Shown piece by piece: positions 17,046-26,483 of a stretch of 27,189 nucleotides of DNA (its first letter is position 1; each line of letters begins with the position of its first letter). The translations under genes and the position numbers were made by a program. The DNA lies in the UHGV virus genome UHGV-0126599. The stretch is one strand, 5' to 3'. The notes under the pieces are model-generated. The model saw nothing but the letters and a program-made list of their open reading frames with translations. It had not been told where the DNA came from and did not search any database. Source of the stretch: a virus.

Positions 17046-18278
17046 TTATCCTTTGCGGTTAGACCAGAAGTCGGCGTTTTGTTTGTTCAGGGAAGCGATG
17101 CTGGTCATGCCCATATTTGGACGTTGTGCATCGCCCGTGGTGCTGCGGGTGTTTCGCCCTTTGGCAATCTCAGACACGGCGTTAAACGCCATATCGACCG
17201 ATTGCTTGGGCAATTTGCGGATATCTGCATCACCGACAACCTGGCGAACCAGTGTTTTGTCAGCGGCGGACAGCACATCACGTTTGAACGCGGTCGGTTT
17301 CACCTTACGGCTCAGATCGATACCCGGAACGATAACTTCGGCACGATAAGCAGCGTCACCGGTAATCGTGGTTTCCTCTTCGTCGTCCTCACCGTCGCCG
17401 GTAGGGTCTTTGTTATCTTTGCCGTCAGGCTTATCGTCGTTATCGCCCGTTGCAGTACCTTCCAGCTTAGCCAGCAGGGCTTTGAGCAAGGTTTTGATAT
17501 CGTCCTCGCCGTCGCCGGTTGGCTCTCCGCCCATTTCCGGCTTTTTGTCCGGAAATGGTTGTTGCGGTGAAAGATTAATGTTGAGGTTAACGCCGCTCGG
17601 CAGATCCCCTTCATCGCCCGTTACCGCCGCTGGCGCAGAGTCCAGCAGTTCGTTCATGGTGTCAGCATCACCCGTTTTGATGGCCGTGCGCATGCGGGTC
17701 CACCAGCTTTTCTTTTGATTTGCCATTGTGTCTCTGTCTCCAATTGCACAACGATTTCCGGCTCTGCCTTTAGGGACAAGAGCCACATGGTTTCCGGTAA
17801 TATCGACCTGCTCGGCTTTTCCGGGTTCGGTCTGCTCGTACTCAGCGTCATAGCCGCACGACACTTCGCGCAGACCATCTTCGATCAGCTGAATGGCGCT
17901 TTCGTCTTTGACGATAAGGTCAGCCAGCATCAAATCAGACTGATCACCAGTCCCGCGCCGAACGTTCTGAAGATGCCCGACCGCAAGCTCTTTCCAGTTC
18001 TCGGGGTTGACCAGCCGCACATTCCCGTTTTCATCTTCAGGATGCAGGATCGTGATGCTCATCCCTTCGAATGAGGCGAGCGTGGCCGGATGGAATACCT
18101 GATCAGGAGAGCGCGTTACGACTATCTCGCCGAGCTTGTCGGGTTTGAGGTTTGGCAGATCGGCAGCGCCGTAAAGCTGCTTACCCGTTCGACCTATCGG
18201 CACGTCTTTGCACAGTAGCGAGCCGTCAGCCAGCTGATAACGGGTTTCCCCCAGCCGGGTATTGAAAAAATATTTCAT
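17046..18278 (-). CDS. Prohead protease / scaffolding-like protein with an acidic repeat linker
   Basis: 410 aa; a conserved N-terminal domain followed by an acidic low-complexity region with repeated PTGDGEDD; sits between the F-like and capsid genes. Confidence 0.5.
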   Translation of the reverse strand: MKYFFNTRLGETRYQLADGSLLCKDVPIGRTGKQLYGAADLPNLKPDKLGEIVVTRSPDQVFHPATLASFEGMSITILHPEDENGNVRLVNPENWKELAVGHLQNVRRGTGDQSDLMLADLIVKDESAIQLIEDGLREVSCGYDAEYEQTEPGKAEQVDITGNHVALVPKGRAGNRCAIGDRDTMANQKKSWWTRMRTAIKTGDADTMNELLDSAPAAVTGDEGDLPSGVNLNINLSPQQPFPDKKPEMGGEPTGDGEDDIKTLLKALLAKLEGTATGDNDDKPDGKDNKDPTGDGEDDEEETTITGDAAYRAEVIVPGIDLSRKVKPTAFKRDVLSAADKTLVRQVVGDADIRKLPKQSVDMAFNAVSEIAKGRNTRSTTGDAQRPNMGMTSIASLNKQNADFWSNRKG

Positions 18279-18292
18279 GGTTTACCTGCGAT

Positions 18293-19066
18293 TCAGGCGA
18301 GATAAGAATGAGGGTTGGGGAAGACGATTTCTTTGTAACAGCGGCAGTTCGGGAGCTCGCCAGCGTGACCGGTCATGCCGTCAAGCGTTGGAGGTCGGCC
18401 CCATTCGACAAACTTCCCTTCCATCTCTCGATGAGAATGCCGGACGTCGCCATCTTCGGCTGTACGCCAGATATAACCATTCGAGCCGATTGACAGCGCA
18501 CGCGCCTGATCCAGTGCACCGGTTGCGCGCCCAAGCTCAGTCCGGGCGATAAGGTTCGCTCGTGAGCGTGACACGTCACCGGAAGCAGCTATCTCTTTCG
18601 CGAATGGCTCAGCGCGGCCACCAGTTACTACAGCCTCGATGGCCTTGTTCTGAATGTCATACACCCGATCGGCGGCCTCAAGAGGCAGAGATTTGATGTA
18701 CTTAATTTGCTCGGCGACGATGGATTTCATCACCTGGCCTACCGGGGCGCGGTCGACCATGTTGCGTAGTTCTGCGCTGATGTTCCGACTGTGCTGACGC
18801 CACTGCTTTTCATTCTGGCGCGCAATGTCGGCGGTGAAGCTCTCAGCAACCTTAGTCGCCCAGGGGGTGATGATTTCGCTGTAGCGCTCCAGCGCATCCA
18901 TTATTTCGGTGACGCTATCGTTTGAACCATCGTAGCGACCATTTACGATATCCCCGACCGCCCGCGCTATCTGCCGTAGGCTCGTTCGATATCGGATCTC
19001 CGCCTGGCGGCTCTGGCGGTTTGTCGCCAAGTTCGCCGATGCCTGGCGGCGCTTCGTCTTCGGCAT
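18293..19066 (-). CDS. Head morphogenesis protein (Mu F / SPP1 gp7 family)
   Basis: C-terminal motif YIWRTAEDGDVRHSHREMEGKFVEWGRPPTLDGMTGHAGELPNCRCY is diagnostic of the family; the start overlaps the portal 3' end by about 150 nt, so the true start may be internal. Confidence 0.75.
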   Translation of the reverse strand: MPKTKRRQASANLATNRQSRQAEIRYRTSLRQIARAVGDIVNGRYDGSNDSVTEIMDALERYSEIITPWATKVAESFTADIARQNEKQWRQHSRNISAELRNMVDRAPVGQVMKSIVAEQIKYIKSLPLEAADRVYDIQNKAIEAVVTGGRAEPFAKEIAASGDVSRSRANLIARTELGRATGALDQARALSIGSNGYIWRTAEDGDVRHSHREMEGKFVEWGRPPTLDGMTGHAGELPNCRCYKEIVFPNPHSYLA

Positions 19067-20384
19067 TCTCGATATCCTCGTCGGTAATGGATGCCCCGAT
19101 GCCGGTGACGTCAGAGTTTTCGCGCAGGTCGGTCATCGCCGCCTTACGCGTCATCAATCCGTCGCCCAGCGCGGTACTGATCGCGTTGGTGGTGTTTACG
19201 GCCACCGTTGATCGGTCAACGTCTGACATTTGCCATAGCGGGTTAAACTCAAACGTGAAATCGTCCGGCAGCGGCTTTCCGAGTTCCGAGCGGTGCATAA
19301 TGTCCAGTATCCGGCGCATCGGCAGCCGTAAGCGGCGCTCCTGCAATGAGCTCACCCGGTCGTAATAGTTGGCGAGGTCTGCATCACCAGTAGAGAAGCC
19401 TTTCGGGGATTGACCGAACAGGCGTACCAGCGGGATACCAACGGCACCGCTGATCTGCTCAGCAAACTGCGAAAGAATGTCATCCAGACCACTAAAGCTG
19501 TACTGGTGGGTTTCGAACTTATCCCGCGAGTCCATGAGCGTCATACCTTCATTGCTCTGGAACTGGCGGATCAGGTCGATGTTCTTCAGCAACGCTTCGA
19601 ACGCCGGGCCTCCAAGCGCGATAAGCTCGCGCAACTTCTCCACGCTATAGGTACGCAGATGCGCTTTATATACCAGCTGCGCCGCGCCGACAGTAGCGCT
19701 ATCGAACGCAGTAAGCCGATCCCAGATACGCTCTACAACCGACATTCCCCATTCGTTTTCGGTCATCTTCTGCTGGAATGGCAGCGTGACGCCATCAAAG
19801 CGGATCAGGCGGCTGTGATGGATGCGCCAGGCCGGAATGCCCGTTGCGGTGGTCACCACGTCGTAAAACTCAGGCTTGCCGAGGTCCGGCCCCATCTCTT
19901 TAATGCGGCGTGTCAGCACCGGGTTAATCATCCAGCGGTCGAGCGGGAGAATGCCCTTAAACTTGCCCTCGCCAATGGTTTCGAGTCGCAGCGGGGTCAT
20001 TGGTGCTTGCCCCTCGATCATGATGAAGCCGACCGCGCCGCCGTAGAGGCGCGACCATTTCAGCACGTCGTTCAGCGCATCCCAGATCTGCAACTCATCC
20101 AGTTGCGCTTCGAGGGTGCCACGGTCTTTGGCGTCAATCTCCGAGGTGATGCGAATGCCTTTGCGGGTCATATCGTCCGGGATAGCGTCGACCGCTTCGC
20201 CGATAACCCACGAACCGCGATATGACCATTCCACCAGCATGCGGTTTCGGCTGGTGAAGTTCGCCCGGTAGGTCGATGCTGAATGCTGGTTAGGCGTCTG
20301 CATCCCCACGCGGGCGACAAAGTTCTCATAGCCATCAGCGGTGGCCTGCGCCGTTCGCTGAGAGGCTTGCTTGTTTCGTGCCAT
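18915..20384 (-). CDS. Portal protein
   Basis: About 490 aa directly after the large terminase; ATG at 20384 (MARNKQ...) has a GGGAGG RBS and overlaps the TerL stop (ATGA); the ORF-track start at 20411 is TTG. Confidence 0.8.
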   Translation of the reverse strand: MARNKQASQRTAQATADGYENFVARVGMQTPNQHSASTYRANFTSRNRMLVEWSYRGSWVIGEAVDAIPDDMTRKGIRITSEIDAKDRGTLEAQLDELQIWDALNDVLKWSRLYGGAVGFIMIEGQAPMTPLRLETIGEGKFKGILPLDRWMINPVLTRRIKEMGPDLGKPEFYDVVTTATGIPAWRIHHSRLIRFDGVTLPFQQKMTENEWGMSVVERIWDRLTAFDSATVGAAQLVYKAHLRTYSVEKLRELIALGGPAFEALLKNIDLIRQFQSNEGMTLMDSRDKFETHQYSFSGLDDILSQFAEQISGAVGIPLVRLFGQSPKGFSTGDADLANYYDRVSSLQERRLRLPMRRILDIMHRSELGKPLPDDFTFEFNPLWQMSDVDRSTVAVNTTNAISTALGDGLMTRKAAMTDLRENSDVTGIGASITDEDIENAEDEAPPGIGELGDKPPEPPGGDPISNEPTADSAGGRGYRKWSLRWFKR

Positions 20385-21787
20385 CAGGCTTGCCTCCCGA
20401 GCAATTCCCAAATATCCATTGTTGTATCGGTCGGCGCGAACGCCATTATGAAAGCGTCGGCAATGTTAGGTGAGGGGATATCGCGCTTAGCCAAATCTTT
20501 CTTGCTTTCAACCATAACCCTACCGTTACGATCAAAGTCTCGGTGCGGGGTCGTCAGCTCAAGCTTTAGTTTCTCCAGGTGCGGGCACGATGAATCGATA
20601 CTTATCAACTCATCAACAGGATATTCCTCTCCATTTTTCACCGCGTTGAACGTATTACGAAAGCGATCAGCTACCAGCCACCATGCCTGGGCTTTCAGAT
20701 TGGCAAAGAAGTCTTTATTCGGAATGCCGTTATATTCAGAATCTGGCTCGTTCACACCAGCGCCAGCATTGAAGCGTTGATAATTAACTGGTCGTGAATA
20801 AGGATTTTCACGTCGTCTGTCTTCGTTAATTTCCGAGAATTTAGCACCAGCAGAAGCGCCAACACCAATGGAGTCATAAACGATATCAGCACTTCTCTCT
20901 GTGGCTGCCTGATATGCCCGCTGGCAGCTTTTAAGAAGCTCGTCTTCTTTTGCCTTCCATTCATCAGCCCAATACACAACGGAGCCATGACGATAAACAT
21001 TGGAGCACTTATCCGCACCGCTATCGGCAACGTCGAAGCCTATTCGCTTTCGTCCGTTTGGCTCAAAACCAAGCACCTTATGGGCATCTATTGCAGCCTC
21101 AATCCACGAAAGTTTAATAATTGCCGCGTCATCATCAGATTCGGGAACCCCCATATAAACGTGGTCAAACCCCTCCGGATCACGACGCTTTGCAGCCGAG
21201 ATAACCTTAAGCATGGTGTCTGAGAGGAATGGGTTTTCGTCGTAATTGATTTTTCGCACCAACGTATCTTCTGGTGGATCAACAACGAAATTACGCCATA
21301 CAAAGTCAGTCACCAGACCAGGGTTAAAAATAAACCAGCATTCAGATCCGCTTTTACGAATGGTTGGTTCCAGTATCTTCCACTGGTATTCCGTTAGTGC
21401 ATGGGCTTCTTCAAGCCACAAAACGCTGATACCTTCCAGGGATTTAATTTCTTCGATATTGCGCCATAAACCGTAAAACACGAATTCTGAGCCAGTGACC
21501 CGGTTGATAATTTTATTATTCAGAATTCGGAAGCGATGCCGCAGCCCAAACCGTTCAATCTGTATTTTGAGCAGGGTATATACCGACTCTTCAATTTTGT
21601 TCTGGATCTGACGTGCACAACAAAAGCGCAGGTTGTATTTATTTGCCAGAAAGACAGCAAACCCAGCAGCATCCCATGACTTTGACGATGAGCGCCCACC
21701 AAAAAGTACTTTATTTCGAGCCTGTGTCGTCCAGAAGTTCCTTAGAGCCGGATTCAGGGTCGGTTTGGATGTCAGAGTAGAAGTCAT
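20384..21787 (-). CDS. Terminase large subunit
   Basis: Walker A-like GGRSSSKSWD near the N-terminus and a nuclease-type C-terminal half. Start is ambiguous among several in-frame Met/GTG codons between 21787 and 21829. Confidence 0.8.
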   Translation of the reverse strand: MTSTLTSKPTLNPALRNFWTTQARNKVLFGGRSSSKSWDAAGFAVFLANKYNLRFCCARQIQNKIEESVYTLLKIQIERFGLRHRFRILNNKIINRVTGSEFVFYGLWRNIEEIKSLEGISVLWLEEAHALTEYQWKILEPTIRKSGSECWFIFNPGLVTDFVWRNFVVDPPEDTLVRKINYDENPFLSDTMLKVISAAKRRDPEGFDHVYMGVPESDDDAAIIKLSWIEAAIDAHKVLGFEPNGRKRIGFDVADSGADKCSNVYRHGSVVYWADEWKAKEDELLKSCQRAYQAATERSADIVYDSIGVGASAGAKFSEINEDRRRENPYSRPVNYQRFNAGAGVNEPDSEYNGIPNKDFFANLKAQAWWLVADRFRNTFNAVKNGEEYPVDELISIDSSCPHLEKLKLELTTPHRDFDRNGRVMVESKKDLAKRDIPSPNIADAFIMAFAPTDTTMDIWELLGRQA

Positions 21788-22493
21788 TAAGGTCACGATC
21801 TCCATTACCGTCATCAACGCCAGCATCACGACGAAGGCGATCCGCTTCCAGAGACACTTTGTCAGTGGAGGCGAGCCGATGCTCTATAGATGCCTTTGTG
21901 AATTCCAGCGACTCAATGCGCTGCGTGTTGCGGTGCATGGCCTTTTCAGCAGAGGAAATCAGCGAGTGCAGATCCTTCGCTTTATCATCATCGGCAAGCT
22001 CCAGTTCAGCCTGCCAGCGCCCAATGTTCTCCGCCGCCGTCAGGTTCGCCGCGCGCAGCCAGAACAACTCATCGTCGAGCGTGAGCAGCTTCGCATCTTC
22101 GGTGATTGCATCAGAGAGCAGCATCCTGCGACCGTAGCCGCCGTGCTTAAGGGCATTCTGGTTGCCAGGCTGGAAAGGAGGGTGGTTGGTGACTACGTTC
22201 CTGCGCACACGTTCGGGTTTCGTATCTGGAGGATTCGCAGCATTGGAGGATTCGCAATCACCATCAGATGGCTTGCTACCTCTGGCCTTATCGCCTTTTT
22301 TTGCCTGCGAATTCGCAGTTTTATTCGCACTTTTCTTTTGCGAATTCGCACTACCATTCGCAATTTTGATATAGCGCTTTGCAGTCGAGTAATTCAGTCC
22401 CTGCGCTTCGCACCATTCTTTGGGGGAAATGCCGGTTTTGGCATGTTCGGACAGGAACCGTTGCTGAAGCTCGCCCCAGTCCGGCTTTGCCAT
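21711..22493 (-). CDS. Terminase small subunit (HTH-containing)
   Basis: N-terminus MAKPDWGELQQRFLSEHAKTGISPKEWCEAQGLNYSTAKRYI is a DNA-binding HTH; GGAG RBS; sits immediately upstream of TerL. Confidence 0.6.
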   Translation of the reverse strand: MAKPDWGELQQRFLSEHAKTGISPKEWCEAQGLNYSTAKRYIKIANGSANSQKKSANKTANSQAKKGDKARGSKPSDGDCESSNAANPPDTKPERVRRNVVTNHPPFQPGNQNALKHGGYGRRMLLSDAITEDAKLLTLDDELFWLRAANLTAAENIGRWQAELELADDDKAKDLHSLISSAEKAMHRNTQRIESLEFTKASIEHRLASTDKVSLEADRLRRDAGVDDGNGDRDLNDFYSDIQTDPESGSKELLDDTGSK

Positions 22494-22505
22494 TGGTCAC
22501 TCCAT

Positions 22506-22988
22506 TCAAACGAGTTCAGTCTCGATGGATACTTTCTTCATGAGAGCGTTGGTAAGCTCATCAAGAATGTATGCCTGTAGTTGCGGGGTAAGGCGTCGTC
22601 CGGCTAGTGCCGTTTTGAGCCTTTCAAACTCATCGAGCATATCCTGCTCGGTCGGTAAGCCAACAACGGTTACTTTCAGTTCCATAGTCTCTTCTCCCAT
22701 CCCCTGCAGGGGATATTTGATATTTATCTGCTCAAGGGGATACCCATTATCAAGCCCACCCGTAGATGAGCTTTGTAATGGAAAGCCGTTGTGAAAGTGG
22801 CTCTCAAAAACCACAGATTCGTGGTTTTTCTCCAGCTCGGCCAGGAACTCTTTTGTCTGCTTGTTTCGCAGATAGTGGTAAGGCGACTCAGCATCACTTT
22901 TGCCACTGGCTTTCCACATATCGGTGAGGCAGATCATGCCGTCTTCTCCGACACGGATTGGTTGATTGAAGAGGGTTAATGATTTCAT
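22506..22988 (-). CDS. KilA-N domain protein
   Basis: N-terminal region LTLFNQPIRVGEDGMICLTDMWKASGK...YHYLRNKQTKEFLAEL resembles the KilA-N DNA-binding domain; ATG at 22988 chosen over the TTG at 23042. Confidence 0.55.
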   Translation of the reverse strand: MKSLTLFNQPIRVGEDGMICLTDMWKASGKSDAESPYHYLRNKQTKEFLAELEKNHESVVFESHFHNGFPLQSSSTGGLDNGYPLEQINIKYPLQGMGEETMELKVTVVGLPTEQDMLDEFERLKTALAGRRLTPQLQAYILDELTNALMKKVSIETELV

Positions 22989-23134
22989 TTCGCTGATACC
23001 TTTTGGTGGTTGAGCCTGTTCTCGTAGATACGGGCAGCCCAAGAGCGGTCAGCGTTACCACTGCCCTATCTCAAGCTCTACCCCGAAAGGCTCTTGGTTG
23101 ATATGCGCACGAGAATGCGCGGTTTACTGCGGAC

Positions 23135-23161
23135 ATAAAAAAGCCCGACCGAAGTCAGGCT
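23135..23161 (-). terminator. Intrinsic terminator downstream of the Rz/Rz1 lysis genes
   Basis: Minus strand AGCCTGAC-TTCG-GTCGGGCT followed by TTTTTTAT: 8-bp stem, UUCG tetraloop, U-run. Confidence 0.7.
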
Positions 23162-23180
23162 CTGTTATTTGGGTAACGAA

Positions 23181-23654
23181 TCATTTAAGACACTGCTCTT
23201 TGATGTAGTCCTGCATGCCGCGAATCATCTTGTCAGCGGTTGCGATTCCGTCCCGGTGATCGAAATAATTCCGTCGAGCGTCTGGAGTAAGTTCGGGGGC
23301 TCCTGCATCATCCACGCCGGTGGCGGAGGTGGCTTTTGACACTCCAGGGCAGGTTGCGGCGATGCGCAGCCGTTTAGCGCCAGAATCGACATCCCGACGC
23401 AAATCGTTAATGGTTTTTTTCGCATCGGACAATTCCTTCGTATATTTGGCATCCAGCGCAGCGACATCACGCTGGCGGGTTTGCATGTCGGTGATGGTGG
23501 CGTTTGCCAGGCTGACCTGTTCAACGGCTTTATCGCGCTGGTCTCTGTAAGTGATGGCGTTGTCGCGGTAGTGGTTTACGAAGAAAGCCAGTGCGCCGAT
23601 TAACGCCAGCACCAGCAACTGCAGCCAGTAACGCTTAACCAGTGCGCTAATCAT
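23181..23654 (-). CDS. Rz: Rz-like inner-membrane spanin
   Basis: Close resemblance to lambda Rz ([10 protein letters not shown]...[20 protein letters not shown]...YIKEQC); N-terminal TM helix. Confidence 0.9.
   Translation of the reverse strand: MISALVKRYWLQLLVLALIGALAFFVNHYRDNAITYRDQRDKAVEQVSLANATITDMQTRQRDVAALDAKYTKELSDAKKTINDLRRDVDSGAKRLRIAATCPGVSKATSATGVDDAGAPELTPDARRNYFDHRDGIATADKMIRGMQDYIKEQCLK
23225..23425 (-). CDS. Rz1: Rz1-like outer-membrane lipoprotein spanin, embedded in Rz in the +1 frame
   Basis: [20 protein letters not shown] lipoprotein signal then [22 protein letters not shown], matching lambda Rz1 architecture. Confidence 0.85.
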   Translation of the reverse strand: MRKKPLTICVGMSILALNGCASPQPALECQKPPPPPAWMMQEPPNLLQTLDGIISITGTESQPLTR

Positions 23655-24100
23655 GACAGGAACAGAGCTCGCTCTGCCTCCCGCCGACGTGTCAGCCCAT
23701 TCAGCACCTTCCCACCAGCTTTATTCCAGCGCAGGAACTCATCGGCTGCACCAGCGTAATCTCCGGCGTTGAGTTTTCGCAGGAGAGTCGATGTCGACAA
23801 TGACCGCGCACCGAGGTTATACGTGAACGACACCAGGGCATCGAACTGGCCTTGTGTCAGCTTCACCCTGACAACTTTCAGCACGTCATTCTCATAACCA
23901 ACAAGCCCTGTTTTCAGAAGCCTGTCAGCGGTTTGCTGGTCGATAGTCATACCGCGCTTTACTGGCTTTCCGTCAACCGGATGGGTCCAGCCATAGCCGA
24001 TGGTCCACGGCGCATCTCCCGTTCCGGGGTCGGGGTAAGCAGTCAGCCGACAACCTTCAAATTTTTTTATCAGAGCAATTCCGTCAGGACTGGTTTGCAT
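23651..24100 (-). CDS. Phage lysozyme (GH24-type endolysin)
   Basis: [17 protein letters not shown]...WTIGYG...[12 protein letters not shown] motifs; ATG at 24100 preferred over the TTG at 24127. Confidence 0.85.
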   Translation of the reverse strand: MQTSPDGIALIKKFEGCRLTAYPDPGTGDAPWTIGYGWTHPVDGKPVKRGMTIDQQTADRLLKTGLVGYENDVLKVVRVKLTQGQFDALVSFTYNLGARSLSTSTLLRKLNAGDYAGAADEFLRWNKAGGKVLNGLTRRREAERALFLS

Positions 24101-24407
24101 CGTCAACTCCCGCCTTTTTTGCTGCAAGTTTTTTAATCAGATTGCCGATCGAATCGGTGCCGATGTATCCAATAAAGACGCTGGCTATGTAGGCGAGGTT
24201 GCTGCTCAGGCCGATAAAGTCCAGAAGGTCACGAACGAACCAGGCAATCATCGCGCACATCAGCGCATCAATTAGCGTTTTTGTTACCGCGCCGCCGTTA
24301 TAGCGACCACGCAGATACGCCATGATAAAAGCCAGCATTGCACCAATACCCTGCTCCTTGGCGGCAAGTAGCGCAGCGATGAAATCTTGTTTGTATGGCA
24401 TTTTCAT
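24084..24407 (-). CDS. Class I holin with dual-start motif (lambda S-like)
   Basis: [39 protein letters not shown]... is near-collinear with lambda S107/S105, including the Met-Lys-Met dual start; GGAGGTGA RBS. The ORF-track N-terminal extension is rejected. Confidence 0.9.
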   Translation of the reverse strand: MKMPYKQDFIAALLAAKEQGIGAMLAFIMAYLRGRYNGGAVTKTLIDALMCAMIAWFVRDLLDFIGLSSNLAYIASVFIGYIGTDSIGNLIKKLAAKKAGVDDANQS

Positions 24408-24513
24408 AGGCCTCACCTCCGATTTTCCGGATGGTGCTGTGTGTGTTTGTAGGGGAAAGGCCGTCAGACTCTGATTGCTACATGGCATCTGAAAATGATA
24501 TCTGCGGCCTGCA

Positions 24514-24539
24514 ATAAAAAAGCCCACGGCGCGGTGGGC
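24514..24539 (-). terminator. Intrinsic terminator about 100 nt upstream of the holin start
   Basis: Minus strand GCCCAC-CGCGCC-GTGGGC followed by TTTTTTATT. Confidence 0.65.
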
Positions 24540-24794
24540 AATAGAGGGTAGTGCGTTGAGCTTTTGCTCTTATGGTCCTGGTAGGTATTTGGTGTGTGGT
24601 GACCGGTGCTGTGTTTTCCGGCATGTAAATGAACTACCCGTCGTCGCCATGGTGAGCCTTTACCTCACCATCTAGCTGATAAGTTAGCGCATCAGCCTGC
24701 GCATTCACCACAACGATAATTGCACTGCGCCTGTTTCGGTTAGCGTAACGGGATTAACCGGTCACCCCAATGCAATTATCTGTTGTGCAGATAC

Positions 24795-24824
24795 AAAAAA
24801 AGCCCCGAGCTATTAACTCAGGGC
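24795..24824 (-). terminator. Intrinsic terminator downstream of the late promoter (tR'-like)
   Basis: Minus strand GCCCTGAG-TTAATAG-CTCGGGGC followed by TTTTTTT, about 100 nt after the Q stop codon. Confidence 0.7.
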
Positions 24825-24858
24825 CATCGAATGAATGCACTACTCCATCATTGATTTC

Positions 24859-24887
24859 AGATTAAACAAAAATCGCCACTTTGTAAA
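24859..24887 (-). promoter_or_regulatory. Candidate Q-dependent late promoter (PR'-like)
   Basis: Minus strand TTTACA - 17 nt - TAATCT between the Q stop and the first terminator; hexamers are imperfect and the call is positional. Confidence 0.3.
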
Positions 24888-24929
24888 GTGTAGTTTTCTA
24901 GATAAATCCTATTTCATAGAAAACATTCA

Positions 24930-25694
24930 CTATCGCGTGACTTTGTTCAACATCTGGTTTGCGTACTCTTCCTGCTTGATGCACTCACCTACCAGACTTT
25001 CGAAAAAATCCTTGTAAGACCTGCGCCACGTGGTTTCAGGTATATCTATCACCGTTACGCAGATGTATTTACGGACGCTATCAGGTAGCAATCTGGCATA
25101 ACCACGCCCATTGCAGCGCGTACAGGTTTTATATGCAGGAACGCCGCGCTGTAGAATAGTTTTCTCTTTGTCTAATACTGTTCCTTTGCCATTGCACTGG
25201 CATGCGTTGGTCAGAGCACCCTTCCCTTTGCATTTGTGGCAAAGCACCTTAACCATCTCTCTTTTTTCGCTAAGGTGTGGCTGTCCGATATGCTTCATCG
25301 TCATTACTTCAGCTTCGACAAACTTATTTCCATTGCAGCAGTCGCACGTTCTGGTACTGGCGGCGCTCCGGGAGTAATCAGCAAAGGCGAAAGTTGCGAG
25401 AACTTGCATTACCTTTGGCTTAACATCGCTCTCAAGCTTGCGTAAGGCGGCAACCTTATCGCAGTGCTCAATTGCATATTTGGTCAGCAGGTCAATTGCT
25501 CGCTCGCGATCGTAATCGCTGATATCCATCTTACCGAGGAATGCACTGAACCCGAGATCAGCCCGGCTCTGTGTCATTCCGATCGCCGCCATAATGTCAG
25601 TGCCGGTTAATGAGTCAGATGCGGTTGCACGTGGAGCGTCGCTAATCATCGTTGACTTCGCGAAGTGGTATTTCACTGTGTTTTCGAGATTCAT
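24930..25694 (-). CDS. Late-gene antitermination protein Q
   Basis: 254 aa with Cys clusters (CDCCNGNKF..., CHKCKGKGALTNACQCNGKG, CTRCNGRG) typical of zinc-binding Q antiterminators; located just upstream of the lysis cassette; AGGAG RBS. Confidence 0.8.
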   Translation of the reverse strand: MNLENTVKYHFAKSTMISDAPRATASDSLTGTDIMAAIGMTQSRADLGFSAFLGKMDISDYDRERAIDLLTKYAIEHCDKVAALRKLESDVKPKVMQVLATFAFADYSRSAASTRTCDCCNGNKFVEAEVMTMKHIGQPHLSEKREMVKVLCHKCKGKGALTNACQCNGKGTVLDKEKTILQRGVPAYKTCTRCNGRGYARLLPDSVRKYICVTVIDIPETTWRRSYKDFFESLVGECIKQEEYANQMLNKVTR

Positions 25695-25837
25695 GCTTCT
25701 GCTCCTGATGGTTTATAGCGGCTGATGTAATTGCGTAAAATTCGGTAGTCCGTAGCAAATGAACCCGGGTGACGATAGATGCGTAACCGAGTCCATCGCA
25801 GACGAAGATGATCAGCAAAGTAGGATTCGAATGTCAT
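25691..25837 (-). CDS. ylcG: Small YlcG-like protein (48 aa)
   Basis: Hand-translated ORF, not in the track: [52 protein letters not shown] overlaps at both ends (rusA stop and Q start), same position as ylcG in DLP12-type prophages. Confidence 0.5.
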   Translation of the reverse strand: MTFESYFADHLRLRWTRLRIYRHPGSFATDYRILRNYISRYKPSGAEA

Positions 25838-26196
25838 GCGGACTCCAGTTCAGTAATGGTCAGTTCAAGTCTGCCGCCTTTGACGACCGGCATTCTCTTC
25901 ACGCTGTAGTAGTCGACTTGTTGGTCATCGAGCCAGAACCCGGATTTCGTCAGGGCGTCGAACGCGGCCTTTTGCAGATTGTCCAGGTCGCGGCGGCGGC
26001 GATCCGGCATATGGCACTCAATGCGTATTTTCACGGGTGTAGCCAGGCCGATATCCAGCATTGAGTCTTTGATGATTCTGGCGACACTGTCGCGGTACGC
26101 CTGCCCCTCTGTGCTGATGTGCGTGCGCCCGCGATTATGGCGGTAGTAGCGGTTATTGCTCGGCGGCCAGGGCAATGTGATGTTGTAAGTATTCAT
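25834..26196 (-). CDS. rusA: RusA Holliday-junction resolvase
   Basis: 120 aa from ATG at 26196: [18 protein letters not shown]...[25 protein letters not shown] matches RusA, including the catalytic Asp region. Confidence 0.9.
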   Translation of the reverse strand: MNTYNITLPWPPSNNRYYRHNRGRTHISTEGQAYRDSVARIIKDSMLDIGLATPVKIRIECHMPDRRRRDLDNLQKAAFDALTKSGFWLDDQQVDYYSVKRMPVVKGGRLELTITELESA

Positions 26197-26483
26197 GCCT
26201 TGATTACCCCCTCTTTCAGCCAGATAACCTGCGTTCTCGCCATACCTTCCAGCGCGCATTCTTTAGCATACTCAGCATCGACAAAATGTGTACGGCGGTC
26301 GATCTCGTCGTGACAGGCAGAGCATGCAATGGTGGCAATAAGGTCTGGCGGTTTAATACCGGTGCCGCACAATCCAGCCAGCCGGATATGTGCCAGTACA
26401 GACGTTTCAGGATTGCCATTACATACGCCAGGGATTCTTACCTGGCATTCCCGACCACGCGCTGCTTTTCTCAAATCAGCCAT
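26193..26483 (-). CDS. ybcO: YbcO-like protein (DUF1364, putative nuclease)
   Basis: [34 protein letters not shown]...[11 protein letters not shown] closely resembles E. coli DLP12 YbcO as I recall it. Confidence 0.85.
   Translation of the reverse strand: MADLRKAARGRECQVRIPGVCNGNPETSVLAHIRLAGLCGTGIKPPDLIATIACSACHDEIDRRTHFVDAEYAKECALEGMARTQVIWLKEGVIKA

Noticed and set aside
17007-17718. Plus-strand ORFs, including a Ser/Pro-rich one, opposite the protease/scaffold gene
   Set aside because: They mirror the acidic repeat region of the real gene on the other strand; no independent support.
19410-20225. 271-aa plus-strand ORF inside the portal gene
   Set aside because: Entirely antisense to the portal coding sequence, with no start context or recognisable domain.
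21633-22580. 315-aa plus-strand ORF across the small terminase region
   Set aside because: Antisense to well-supported minus-strand genes, Arg-rich low-complexity translation, no RBS; typical shadow ORF in GC-rich DNA.
24570-24650. 26-codon minus-strand ORF (MATTGSSFTCRKTQHRSPHTKYLPGP) in the Q-holin spacer
   Set aside because: Too short, with a weak and hairpin-occluded RBS; noted under the spacer finding but not called as a gene.
24540-24795. Possible tRNA gene between Q and the holin
   Set aside because: I searched both strands by eye for a T-loop (GGTTCGAATCC-like) and cloverleaf and found none; GGTTAATCC at about 24752-24760 has too short a loop.
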